From a virus: DNA of 64,000 nucleotides. The translations under genes were made by a program, and so were the position numbers. Location: IMG/VR virus record IMGVR_UViG_3300045988_020586. One strand, 5' to 3'. A model generated the notes under the pieces. That model was not told where the DNA came from and searched no databases. It saw only the letters and a program-made list of their open reading frames with translations. Positions 45,443 through 54,373 of this stretch are shown here, one piece after another; the first letter of the stretch is position 1, and every line of letters begins with the position of its first letter.

Positions 45443-45937
45443 TTAGAAGCGATCGAACTGATAGTTGGCATAATACCAGCTGTTTGGATACTTGTCGCGC
45501 AACTCACGGTCGTGCTTCTCGTACTCCTGGTTCAGTTCGGTCATCTGCTTACGCTGATCCTCATCGATCTTCTGAGACAGGTCACGGAACATATTTGGCG
45601 TGATCTTCTGGTCGTCAGGAACGACGGTACCATTCTCGTCCTTGCCCAGAAGACGGGCCAACAGCTCTGTACGCTTCTTCAGAATATCGAGGGTGATCTT
45701 TGCCTTCGCACGGTCCTTACGGACATTGAGAAGCTCCTTAATACGGAGATAGTCAGCACACTTAACGATCTCTTTGACCTGGGAGATCTTACGCTTCTCC
45801 TCATCCTGGCGGATCTCTTCTGCCGCCTTGTCTGCAATGTCGGTTACGAGGTTACCCTTAACCAACTTTTCAACAACGTTGTCTACTGACGCATTCTGCT
45901 GCTCTTTAGCAGCACCTTTTGTTTCTGCTTTTGCCAT
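45443..45937 (-). CDS. charged coiled-coil-like hypothetical protein (164 aa)
   Basis: Track ORF with higher G+C and an ATTATCAAA leader. Confidence 0.65.
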   Translation of the reverse strand: MAKAETKGAAKEQQNASVDNVVEKLVKGNLVTDIADKAAEEIRQDEEKRKISQVKEIVKCADYLRIKELLNVRKDRAKAKITLDILKKRTELLARLLGKDENGTVVPDDQKITPNMFRDLSQKIDEDQRKQMTELNQEYEKHDRELRDKYPNSWYYANYQFDRF

Positions 45938-45970
45938 TTTGATAATGATTTAAAATGTTTGTAAATAAAA

Positions 45971-46204
45971 TTAATTAACACATGTTACTTCGCCCACACT
46001 CCATGATGGATTCTTAACCAATACTGCACCGTCGCTATTAACGGTGATATCACATGGAGCCTTGTGGGCGTAGTTAGCCAAATGAATGAGTGCGAATCTA
46101 GCTTTTTGAGCTTGACTCTCATCAGGGTATTTGGATTCGAATGCCAATGTCTTGACAATCTTACCCTTTACCTTCTTAGTCGTATACACTGGAATCTTCC
46201 ACAT
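45971..46204 (-). CDS. hypothetical protein (77 aa)
   Basis: Track ORF with ATG start. Confidence 0.5.
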   Translation of the reverse strand: MWKIPVYTTKKVKGKIVKTLAFESKYPDESQAQKARFALIHLANYAHKAPCDITVNSDGAVLVKNPSWSVGEVTCVN

Positions 46205-46316
46205 AATCGAGAGGATTTAATTTGTTCTGAAACTTGTCACGCTTATAAGCTTTTGCTTTAGCTTCTGCATGACGTTGACGATACACTTTCTTTGTATTAC
46301 GTTGTGTTCTACACAT
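46176..46316 (-). CDS. possible small basic protein (46 aa)
   Basis: ATG 46316 lies 2 nt after the upstream stop. MCRTQRNTKKVYRQRHAEAKAKAYKRDKF.. Overlaps the next gene by 29 nt. Below the track cutoff. Confidence 0.3.
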   Translation of the reverse strand: MCRTQRNTKKVYRQRHAEAKAKAYKRDKFQNKLNPLDYVEDSSVYD

Positions 46317-46318
46317 AG

Positions 46319-46738
46319 TTACATATTATCTTGAACCATTTTGAATACACAAATAACATCGGTAGAAATACCATAAGAATCACGCATTCTCTTACTTACA
46401 CCACAAGATATAATCTTGATAGCGCTTGTGAGAGACTCGTTGTTAGGCTCGTCATTTACAGCCTCGGACAATGCAAGCAACAACTTCATTTTTGAGTTGA
46501 AGAACTTGCCAAACTTCTCTTTTGCGTAGATGCACGCAGACTCTGCGACAGACAATTCTGTAGCACTCTTGTTTTCTGCGTGGCGGATAACAATGGAACT
46601 GACTTCTCTTTCATCCATTGTAGATACATGCACATCCGTAACATCTGATTTAATAACCTTTAATTGTGAGGCTATCAACGCAACTTCAGATGGGCCCAAA
46701 TCTGAACCTTTGTAAGAGATAACGATGTACTGCTTCAT
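46319..46738 (-). CDS. hypothetical protein (139 aa)
   Basis: Track ORF with ATG start. Confidence 0.55.
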   Translation of the reverse strand: MKQYIVISYKGSDLGPSEVALIASQLKVIKSDVTDVHVSTMDEREVSSIVIRHAENKSATELSVAESACIYAKEKFGKFFNSKMKLLLALSEAVNDEPNNESLTSAIKIISCGVSKRMRDSYGISTDVICVFKMVQDNM

Positions 46739-46740
46739 AG

Positions 46741-47232
46741 CTAATCCTCCTTTGGTATTATGTTAGTACTGGAGGACTGCACAATCTGCACATGCTTACC
46801 ATCAATAATGGTATCAATTGTTTCCGTGTTAGGAATGTCTGGCGGAGTCAAGATATTGTATTGGTCTGATTTATCGGGCAAGTTCATATACACATGCTTG
46901 TTAACCTCGAACTCATGGGATATACTTCCCTTAGTTATTGGTTCCCCAGATTTCTCTAGGACCGATACAACGTCACGCATAACCTTTTCAGGTATGCTGA
47001 AGAATACAGAATCCTGATGTCTCCACTGACCTTCCGTCTTCTGATATGTCAATGCATCAGAATAGTCGGCGAATGTAGGATTGTCAATTTCCTGCATCAT
47101 CTTTGATACCATGAGCGAATCATCGTGTCTGATTTCGCTCTTTGTCTGCTTCACATAGTCACATGATGACACTGCGAAAGCTACAATAAGCACGATTAAG
47201 CACATGCTAAGCTTTTCAAATAATCTCTTCAT
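46741..47232 (-). CDS. putative lipoprotein (163 aa)
   Basis: Signal plus lipobox-like ..LIVLIVAFAVSSCDY.. ATTATCAAA leader. Ends at TAG. Confidence 0.55.
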   Translation of the reverse strand: MKRLFEKLSMCLIVLIVAFAVSSCDYVKQTKSEIRHDDSLMVSKMMQEIDNPTFADYSDALTYQKTEGQWRHQDSVFFSIPEKVMRDVVSVLEKSGEPITKGSISHEFEVNKHVYMNLPDKSDQYNILTPPDIPNTETIDTIIDGKHVQIVQSSSTNIIPKED

Positions 47233-47303
47233 TTTGATAATTTATTAGAGATTTAACAAATGTTAACTATCCGGGTTTTAAAGATTCACGGAATCATCTA
47301 TTG

Positions 47304-47376
47304 TGATACATATGGGACTCGAACCCATGACCCATAGATTAAAAATCTATTGCTCTACCAACTGAGCTAATGTATC
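47304..47376 (-). tRNA. tRNA-Lys (UUU)
   Basis: Cloverleaf folded by hand: acceptor GATACAT/ATGTATC, anticodon arm ATAGA-TTTTTAA-TCTAT, T arm ATGGG-TTCGAGT-CCCAT. Confidence 0.85.
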
Positions 47377-47468
47377 AAAAGAAGGAATACACACATACAC
47401 CTAGTATTCGTTTAAGTATGCCCTCCTACAGCGGTTACCAGGAACGCCGCACCACCTCTTCCTTCTTG

Positions 47469-47542
47469 TGGACCAGCTAGGGTTTGAACCTAGGACCTCC
47501 AGATTATGAGTCTGTTGCTCTAACCGACTGAGCTACAAGTCC
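47469..47542 (-). tRNA. tRNA with CAU anticodon (elongator Met, or Ile2 if lysidine-modified)
   Basis: Acceptor GGACTTG/CTGGTCC with one mismatch. D arm AGCTCAGTCGGTTAGAGC, anticodon loop CTCATAA, T arm CTAGG-TTCAAAC-CCTAG. Confidence 0.8.
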
Positions 47543-47668
47543 AAATGGCAGTTTTTCGTCTTGTTTTTATCCCTTTCTTAGATACTGCCAAACTCTACCC
47601 AGGACGCTATAATGCGTGATTTTATGCAGACTTGAACTGCTATGTAGGCCTTTAACCTAATAAATCTC

Positions 47669-47690
47669 GGGGACAGTATAAACTGCCCCC
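47669..47690 (-). terminator. Intrinsic terminator-like hairpin after 47702-47923
   Basis: GGGGACAGT-ATAA-ACTGCCCC, 11 nt past the TAG stop. On the - strand it is followed by GAGATTTATT. Confidence 0.5.
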
Positions 47691-47701
47691 TTGAAATGCA
47701 A

Positions 47702-47923
47702 CTAAATATATTTTTCCTCCTCCTCTTCTATTATATCATTCCACGTAAAGTAGAATAATAGAAGGCCAAAAATCAAAGCAACTACCAACCATATTATTAT
47801 AAGACCAATAGCAAGTGTACTTATCTCTCGCACATTACCTAATGCCTTTATAAGGCTAAGTAGCGGATAAAATGAAGCTAACATAATCAATAAGCTTCCA
47901 CCTAAATATATTAATCTACTCAT
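47702..47923 (-). CDS. small membrane protein (73 aa)
   Basis: Two hydrophobic segments and an acidic tail EEEEEKYI. Ends at TAG. Confidence 0.5.
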   Translation of the reverse strand: MSRLIYLGGSLLIMLASFYPLLSLIKALGNVREISTLAIGLIIIWLVVALIFGLLLFYFTWNDIIEEEEEKYI

Positions 47924-48188
47924 GATCTAGTAATTGTTGAGTTCTACTAAAATTGAAGTCGTGCACAAAATAACTCTCTAGACTATTGCTAAGATATTCT
48001 TTTGTAGACCCAACTTCATATTCACTTTGAGACAATATACATACATCATCATTAAGGGCTTCATCAAACTCTAACAACGCGATATTATTATCTCTACATA
48101 CTTTCTTGAGCTTTCTTACGTCGCTATGAAAACGACGCAACTCAAGTTCAGATTCGGACATTTGTCCGTTCTTTCTACGTTTTGCCAT
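47916..48188 (-). CDS. hypothetical protein (90 aa)
   Basis: Track ORF with ATG start; overlaps its neighbours by a few nt. Confidence 0.5.
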   Translation of the reverse strand: MAKRRKNGQMSESELELRRFHSDVRKLKKVCRDNNIALLEFDEALNDDVCILSQSEYEVGSTKEYLSNSLESYFVHDFNFSRTQQLLDHE

Positions 48189-48190
48189 AA

Positions 48191-48385
48191 TTAAGGACTA
48201 ATAAAAATTATTCCGTCTTCAATGCAAGATGGTGATTCTTTATTATCCAAATTCTTTGAGTCGTTTATTCTTGGACAAGAAAAAGGATTATTAAAGACAC
48301 ATCCATTGCAATTGTATTGACGTTTAGCCCTAACAATAATGCCATTTATTTTGTAGATTCTGCCAGGACTAAGTTTTTTACTCAT
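48191..48385 (-). CDS. small Cys-rich protein (64 aa)
   Basis: ..SPGRIYKINGIIVRAKRQYNCNGCVFNNPFSCP.. Resembles 50370-50618. Confidence 0.5.
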   Translation of the reverse strand: MSKKLSPGRIYKINGIIVRAKRQYNCNGCVFNNPFSCPRINDSKNLDNKESPSCIEDGIIFISP

Positions 48386-48834
48386 AGTTCATCAATCAAT
48401 TGTAGTTTATACATTGGCTTTTTGACTGGAACGATTTGATAATCTTTAATAGTTTCGCCAACTTTTCGTAGTACTCTAGATACTTCTCCAAGATGAAATG
48501 TTCTATGTACAGTTTCTCCATTCTTAGCTAGAATAAAGCATACAAATTTTGTAGGGTTTGCGTATAATTTATCATACACATAGGATACTTCGTGATAGAA
48601 CGAACCAACTCCTTTCATAGCGTCAATTTTATTCATATCACTTTCTCCAACCATAATTTTTGTAGTTTCTAGCTTTTCCAGACTGCTTGACTTATATATA
48701 CAACATTTCCCAGTTGATACATCTCTAACAGCTGTGCATTTACCACCAGCTCCAGTGATTACCACCATCAAACCACCTACCATTGTTCCACTTGGTAGAA
48801 CTCGGCGAACTACATCATTCTTCTGAAATTTCAT
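48382..48834 (-). CDS. hypothetical protein (150 aa)
   Basis: Track ORF with ATG start and a 4-nt overlap on each side. Confidence 0.55.
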   Translation of the reverse strand: MKFQKNDVVRRVLPSGTMVGGLMVVITGAGGKCTAVRDVSTGKCCIYKSSSLEKLETTKIMVGESDMNKIDAMKGVGSFYHEVSYVYDKLYANPTKFVCFILAKNGETVHRTFHLGEVSRVLRKVGETIKDYQIVPVKKPMYKLQLIDEL

Positions 48835-49211
48835 TTACGTACAAATTTAATTTTATAACGAACAATAGACGTAATTACGCCATTTCTCAATCTAATACCA
48901 AGTGTTGGCTCAATAGAGAATTGCTTGCACGTATTGATGTAATCAACAACACTCTTTGAGATTGGGATAATCTCTGAGAATCCTGCTGACTTATCAATGT
49001 ATGCAGCCATATACTTAACGGTTTTGCCGTTAGAACTAGGTTGTTGTACTATTTGCTTAATACATTCAACCTTACAGATCATAGTATCAATCGCTGCTTT
49101 TTGCTGCGCGTGACACTTTGAGGTCAGGAGTAGTAATAATATTATTACAACTACTGCTATCAGTGGGCCAGGATTGTTTTTGTCCGGCTTCTCGTATAAT
49201 CTTACAGCCAT
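48831..49211 (-). CDS. hypothetical secreted or membrane protein (126 aa)
   Basis: Hydrophobic ..LIAVVVIILLLLLTSKCHA.. Confidence 0.5.
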   Translation of the reverse strand: MAVRLYEKPDKNNPGPLIAVVVIILLLLLTSKCHAQQKAAIDTMICKVECIKQIVQQPSSNGKTVKYMAAYIDKSAGFSEIIPISKSVVDYINTCKQFSIEPTLGIRLRNGVITSIVRYKIKFVRK

Positions 49212-49217
49212 TTTTTA

Positions 49218-49598
49218 TCATCCTTTAGTAATTTCACAAATACATCCTACAGATTCAAGATCGGCCTTCATATTATGAATGTAAGATTCGTCGAAGGACT
49301 GAGATAACAACACTTCTTCGCTTTCAACAGACGCATCCATAATAGCTTTTGCTTTTCCCAAAGAAATACTAAGCTGTGCTGATAACTCTCTTGCCGTACT
49401 CAATTTATTATCATTTTTTACTTTATTCAAGTATAAATAATAAGTGGTTCGTACAGGCCCTTTGTTGACTTTCTCTTCCATCTCCATAGATGATACTAAT
49501 GCTAACAACAAATTAACATTATGTCTCATCTCTTTTACACCAGAGCATTCTGTCTGAATCTTGATCTTTCCATCGTTCTGGATAGTAACATTCAACAT
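49218..49598 (-). CDS. hypothetical protein (126 aa)
   Basis: Track ORF with ATG start. Confidence 0.55.
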   Translation of the reverse strand: MLNVTIQNDGKIKIQTECSGVKEMRHNVNLLLALVSSMEMEEKVNKGPVRTTYYLYLNKVKNDNKLSTARELSAQLSISLGKAKAIMDASVESEEVLLSQSFDESYIHNMKADLESVGCICEITKG

Positions 49599-49602
49599 AA
49601 GT

Positions 49603-49860
49603 TCAATGAATCGTTAAAAATTTAACACTTGTCTTGCCAGCTCCTGGAACATTTGCATGCTTGTTATTAATATAACTTCTCAAAGTGTTCTCAAGGGACT
49701 TAGCATTGACCTTACTTAACCCAGAAGAGAGGATCATTGTAGATCCTCCCTCTTTAGCAACTACCTTGTAGTTAAGATACTCAGCATCAGGTTTCCCTTT
49801 TGCTGACTGTGGCTTAACTGCTTGGTTATGCGTCTGCTTGTGTTTCTTCTGACTCATCAT
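49603..49860 (-). CDS. hypothetical basic protein (85 aa)
   Basis: Track ORF with ATG start. Confidence 0.5.
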   Translation of the reverse strand: MMSQKKHKQTHNQAVKPQSAKGKPDAEYLNYKVVAKEGGSTMILSSGLSKVNAKSLENTLRSYINNKHANVPGAGKTSVKFLTIH

Positions 49861-50242
49861 CTACATGAATAAATGGTTTGCAATCCATTCCGATGTTCTT
49901 GATAGTCTCAGGCTCACTGAGCTTTTCTTCCGCAATGCTGCTGATAGCAGCGGCAATATGTACAAGATGGTTCAGATGAGTGATACCATTGAACTTTCCA
50001 GCTACTTCAACTGTCACATTAATACTCTGCTCCCCAGTCTCCTGGTTCTTCGTAACTCCAATCCCATTAAGAATTGGAACATACTTCTCGAACTTGGTCT
50101 CCACATAACTTGGAGAGTCAAGATCAACGTGGTTAGGAGACAGTATACAAGACACTGTCACAATTGTTGTAGCACCATCAGCAAAAATAGCTGTTTCAAA
50201 CTTTGGGTAATCATTATCCACCAACTTATTTAAAATGTTCAT
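49826..50242 (-). CDS. hypothetical protein (138 aa)
   Basis: Track ORF with an ATTATCAAAATT leader before the ATG. Confidence 0.55.
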   Translation of the reverse strand: MNILNKLVDNDYPKFETAIFADGATTIVTVSCILSPNHVDLDSPSYVETKFEKYVPILNGIGVTKNQETGEQSINVTVEVAGKFNGITHLNHLVHIAAAISSIAEEKLSEPETIKNIGMDCKPFIHVDDESEETQADA

Positions 50243-50369
50243 AATTTTGATAATTTAAACATTATTTACTTGTATAGGACTACTTCTCACCTATACTTGA
50301 GTTTTGTGTTCCATCTGTAATTCGGTTTCCCTTTGGAGGCTTTGGACTCCCTACGGCTACATTAAACAC

Positions 50370-50618
50370 TTAGGGTTGATGCAACTCAACCCTTATGTTT
50401 TTAATTAATCTAAAATAGCACCAATGTAAGTTATGAAGACAATACTTACACCAGTCTTTTTGTTCATGAAAATTTAAATCGCACATGTAACAATCTGTAA
50501 AACTAGATTTATTTTTCACAATTCTAAATACATTCTTACAAATTGTAATCAATTGCCCTGGTTTATAATTCTTATGAGTACCAGATGTCTTCTGTGTGGT
50601 CTTCTTTTTCAAATTCAT
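50370..50618 (-). CDS. small Cys-rich protein (82 aa)
   Basis: ..KPGQLITICKNVFRIVKNK..CYMCD..CKYC.. Possible paralogue of 48191-48385. Confidence 0.5.
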   Translation of the reverse strand: MNLKKKTTQKTSGTHKNYKPGQLITICKNVFRIVKNKSSFTDCYMCDLNFHEQKDWCKYCLHNLHWCYFRLIKNIRVELHQP

Positions 50619-50626
50619 TCATACAC

Positions 50627-50920
50627 TTACTTGTTAATTAAGTTGTCTACTTTGGATTTTGCTTCTAAGTAATCACTACCATAATCTGTTGCAAGATCTG
50701 TATCCATAAGATCAAGATTATGTGTTCCATTGAGAGAGTCAAGCAATGTTTCGACACATGTATAGTATCTTTCATATGCTTCTATCTTTTTCTCTGCTTT
50801 TTTGCCCTTACCTGTATGGTAATTTGACATAAAGCAGGCACCCACAAAGCAGCCTAATACTGCTCCTACTAACAATAAATTCATGTTGTCCATAAAACGA
50901 TGTACTTTATTCTTTTCCAT
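50627..50920 (-). CDS. hypothetical membrane-anchored protein (97 aa)
   Basis: Hydrophobic ..LLLVGAVLGCFVGACFM.. Confidence 0.5.
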   Translation of the reverse strand: MEKNKVHRFMDNMNLLLVGAVLGCFVGACFMSNYHTGKGKKAEKKIEAYERYYTCVETLLDSLNGTHNLDLMDTDLATDYGSDYLEAKSKVDNLINK

Positions 50921-50952
50921 ATATATAATTATTGATTAATATACATAATAAA

Positions 50953-50982
50953 AACGTGCCTATCTTCACAGACCAGCACGTT
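50953..50982. repeat. Family 2 hairpin, copy 1 (loop CTATCTTCACAGACCA)
   Basis: AACGTGC / CTATCTTCACAGACCA / GCACGTT. Confidence 0.65.
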
Positions 50983-51460
50983 GAGCATCGAAATAAAACC
51001 TACGTCACTTAGTAAAAGATGATGTAAGAAAATCGGTATGGTAAAAAACAAATTGAAGTGGTTACTGGACTCGAACCGTCGCTATGTTGCGCTTTACTAT
51101 AGCCAAGTACAATATCCATATAATGCATTTGTACATAGTATACCCTCTTGCTTTAGCAAGTGTATAATAACCACTATCCGTCTCTCCAGATTGTCATAGA
51201 GACTGGGTCTACATTTGACAGATTGCACCTTTTGCAAATAGGCTGTAGTTACCGTATCTCAGTTTTACACGTAAACCTATTGCCTATAGACGACTCACCC
51301 TCTGTGTTCTACAATCGACATCTTATAGCTTTGCAAGTACCATAAGCACGTGTTGTAGTCATGGGCTTGGGACCATGAACGCCACATTACTGCCTACGAT
51401 TTATCACGTTAGCGTAGGCGCTCCGTCATCCTAGTTTATATACCGCATGAGATAACGGTT

Positions 51461-51492
51461 TAATACAACTATCTTCACAGACCATTGTATTA
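51461..51492. repeat. Family 2 hairpin, copy 2
   Basis: TAATACAA / CTATCTTCACAGACCA / TTGTATTA. Confidence 0.65.
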
Positions 51493-51609
51493 TGAGGTCT
51501 ATTCGCGCTTTGAGTAATGAATCAGACTACACCATGATGCAACATGTGTAGTTTCGTCTAGGTCTCATCAGTGATGATTTTAGACTCTCCCTAGCTGAGT
51601 TTAAATAAA

Positions 51610-51641
51610 ACATACCACTATCTTCACAGACCATGGTATGT
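51610..51641. repeat. Family 2 hairpin, copy 3
   Basis: ACATACCA / CTATCTTCACAGACCA / TGGTATGT. Confidence 0.65.
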
Positions 51642-51791
51642 GCCAAACCTATTGTTGTTACACTTAACAACTACAACCTACATCCTAACTAAAAAACCTG
51701 ACATTTATTTGATTATTATACGTCTTTATTTGTCTTTCCAAATGCCAACGCTTATTTATACTCTTGCGTATAGAGTTATGTTATTATACAT

Positions 51792-51980
51792 TTAATCAAA
51801 AATGTAATATACTAACACCTTGTTTGCAGCCTTTACATACGAAATACAAGGTATATTCAATGATGAAGCAAACTTGTCTGCTAAATCATTGCCATCAAAC
51901 ATTATCTCGACACCAAATTCTGTTATTAAACAGTTTTGGATATCTTTGTTTGCTGCTCCATTCTCAATTATTGCTTTCAT
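51792..51980 (-). CDS. hypothetical protein (62 aa)
   Basis: Track ORF with ATG start, isolated between two ORF-free regions. Confidence 0.4.
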   Translation of the reverse strand: MKAIIENGAANKDIQNCLITEFGVEIMFDGNDLADKFASSLNIPCISYVKAANKVLVYYIFD

Positions 51981-52357
51981 ATTGATTATGTTTTTATTAC
52001 CGATTTAAAAGTGTTCGTCTGTTCCGAACTGCCAACACAAGTCTTGTCTTGTGATTAATTTACTTTCCAAGATGTCTGTTACTAATTTTTATGTGCTATA
52101 TGTAACAATATATACACAAGTATTTTTGTAGAAAAACACAAAACTATTTATCTCATACTATTTGCTCGGTTATGATAAATAGTTTACCGAACAAAGCTTC
52201 TATAATGATTACACAACTAATTTGTCCTTCGTAATAACTTGTATTACGAAATTAGTTTCCATGTTGTTATAGAAGCAATTAAGTTTACACATCTACGCAA
52301 TGTGCATAAAAGCTATATATTAAAACAGCCTATTTGAGCTGTTACGTAGAATTTTTC

Positions 52358-52401
52358 TGAAAAAAGGGGTTTGGGAGATTGTTTTACCAATCCCCATCCC
52401 C
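52358..52401 (-). terminator. Intrinsic terminator after 52403-52921
   Basis: Hairpin GGGGTTTGGGAGATTG-TTTTAC-CAATCCCCATCCCC at 52366-52401, directly after the TAG stop. On the - strand it is followed by a 6-nt U-run (52360-52365). Confidence 0.6.
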
Positions 52402-52402
52402 A

Positions 52403-52921
52403 CTAGTCTTCGTCGTCTGTTGAGTAGTCGAAATTGTCGCTTATCATATCAGCCAGGCGGACTTTTAGTTTCTTTACTTCTGCTTGCTCATCATCAACAT
52501 TGCCAAGGTAAGTATTGGCAAGGCTTGAGTAAGTGTGCTCCCCGTCAGTGATTGATTTTTCTTTTCCGTCAGTAAGTTCAGAAATTGTGTAATCAAACGT
52601 GCTAAAGCGCGCCTTTTTACCTACAAACTTTGCGGACAATTCTTTTAACGCTTCATCCTGTGCCTTTTCTGTATGCTTATTACCTTCTAGCACTCTATCA
52701 AAATTAAGAATGCAAGAATAAGACTTTCCGACAACTGCGCCGGCATCAGCGAAAGCCGCCAAAGAAAGGAAATCTTTATCCTCCTTATTATCGGAAGAAT
52801 TAGAAATTGCGTAAGTTACACGCAATGCTACTCTGAATGTTTCGTTATCCTCATTAAATGAGTATAACTTTTCATTGAGTGATACGCTGTTAATTACAGC
52901 GATTTCGTTAACTTTTTTCAT
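52403..52921 (-). CDS. hypothetical acidic-tailed protein (172 aa)
   Basis: Start set at ATG 52921 (MKKVNEIAV..); the track ORF extends to 53044 through structured sequence. Ends ..DYSTDDED then TAG. Confidence 0.55.
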   Translation of the reverse strand: MKKVNEIAVINSVSLNEKLYSFNEDNETFRVALRVTYAISNSSDNKEDKDFLSLAAFADAGAVVGKSYSCILNFDRVLEGNKHTEKAQDEALKELSAKFVGKKARFSTFDYTISELTDGKEKSITDGEHTYSSLANTYLGNVDDEQAEVKKLKVRLADMISDNFDYSTDDED

Positions 52922-53087
52922 GTGCTTTGAGTTTTTAATGTGAATAAATTGTGTTTTGTCTTGGGGGGATATCCCAATCCGAAAGTATATACCGGGGTGT
53001 GATTCATTGCTGTTTCTCGTCTTTACACATTTATCACAATTCAAAAAAAATCAAAAAAATATTTTTCTTACGTCCAAACAACAAAAA

Positions 53088-53109
53088 AGCCGAGGCGTAA
53101 ACCCCGGCT
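53088..53109 (-). terminator. Intrinsic terminator
   Basis: AGCCGAGG-CGTAAA-CCCCGGCT. On the - strand it is followed by TTTTTTGT. Confidence 0.55.
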
Positions 53110-53281
53110 AATTAGCTTTTGCATTTTACTTTATACGCACATATATATACGTTTTAACTGCTCTAAATCCTTGAATATATCCAGATGTTCTGCTTCTTTA
53201 ACTATCATGCCAACAAGGAAGAAATCAAATAATTTACACAGATGTAGTGTATAATCGTGATAAATTACGCACGGAAGACGC

Positions 53282-53701
53282 TTATTTTGCTATGTTGAAA
53301 TCTTCGTTGTTTTTAGAATCATCTTCTGCATAATCTTCGCATTCTACTTCTTTTACAAGTATTTGTCTACCTCCCTTATGGCCCCTAGGAACATATCCCG
53401 ATCCAAGCTGATCATGTATAATCTCTGTTACAGTCTTCTGTTTCTTAGGCTTTAAAGTATTTTGCATAGTAGGCGTAGAGTCTATCTCGCCATTCTCTAC
53501 TATAGATTCGTAATCGGTATATAAAGGAGAACTTACATCCTCAAACTTCTTAAAGAAATCCTTTACTTCGCGCATGTATTTGTGACCTTCTCTCTCATAT
53601 AATACCGAATCTATCCATGCGCCATCAAAATCGTTTTTAAATTTTCCAATTCCAAGGTATTTGTAGTCTTTACCTTTATATCTGTATATATAATCTTCCA
53701 T
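53282..53701 (-). CDS. hypothetical protein (139 aa)
   Basis: Track ORF with ATG start. Confidence 0.55.
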   Translation of the reverse strand: MEDYIYRYKGKDYKYLGIGKFKNDFDGAWIDSVLYEREGHKYMREVKDFFKKFEDVSSPLYTDYESIVENGEIDSTPTMQNTLKPKKQKTVTEIIHDQLGSGYVPRGHKGGRQILVKEVECEDYAEDDSKNNEDFNIAK

Positions 53702-53754
53702 TACCTTGTCTCCTTATTAGCAATTTTTAACCTATTTATCTATCTCTAGAAATA

Positions 53755-54030
53755 CTATTCTGCATCTGCAGTATTATGTTCGGCTTTATCTGGCTCAATA
53801 CCAGGAGTGCATCCAGTGCCAATAATGTCTCCGATTCTATCAAGTGTAGTAGATCTATCTGGCTCTGCGAGTCTTATAAACTCAGATGCTTCCATCATTT
53901 TGTATACTCCACGGTATTTGTAGAGTATGGTATCTACCAATTTTCCAGAAGCTAATTGAAATTGACCGGTGCCGATATATATTACTTTTACATCACTATT
54001 TCTATTTAATATAAATCTATCATTCTCCAT
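53755..54030 (-). CDS. hypothetical protein (91 aa; 18 codons longer if TAG is read through)
   Basis: Ends at TAG. With TAG as sense, the frame runs through three more TAG to TAA 53701-53703, which forms TAATG with the next gene start. Confidence 0.5.
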   Translation of the reverse strand: MENDRFILNRNSDVKVIYIGTGQFQLASGKLVDTILYKYRGVYKMMEASEFIRLAEPDRSTTLDRIGDIIGTGCTPGIEPDKAEHNTADAE

Positions 54031-54035
54031 ACACG

Positions 54036-54356
54036 TTATTTCTTTAAATTAGCAATCTTTAATCTAATTGACAATAGCTTCTTATTAACATTCTTGTCGT
54101 TCTTGATCAATCTCTTTGCCACAGTTATGTATTTAATGATCTTTACGACAGGGATTGCAAGTTTTATTCCAATAAGAGAAATAGCTGCCCATAAAGGTAG
54201 AATTGCAAAGCATACGTACAATAGTATCGCCCAAAATGCCAAGTTTAGCATACTTACTGTAACACTTTTAGCATTCATAGCCTTACATACATTATCAAAT
54301 ATCTCCTTTTCATCTGCGTTTAATTCGTTTCTAATCTCATATATATCTACTAACAT
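54036..54356 (-). CDS. hypothetical membrane protein (106 aa)
   Basis: Hydrophobic ..LAFWAILLYVCFAILPLWAAISLIGIKLAIPVV.. Confidence 0.5.
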   Translation of the reverse strand: MLVDIYEIRNELNADEKEIFDNVCKAMNAKSVTVSMLNLAFWAILLYVCFAILPLWAAISLIGIKLAIPVVKIIKYITVAKRLIKNDKNVNKKLLSIRLKIANLKK

Positions 54357-54373
54357 ATTTTAATCTCCTATTT

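Noticed and set aside
52922-53044. N-terminal 41-codon extension of ORF 52403-53044.
   Set aside because: The extension runs through palindromic, structured sequence (GGGGATATCCC, CCGAAAG...) and is Cys/His/Asn-rich. The internal MKKVNEI start is more plausible.
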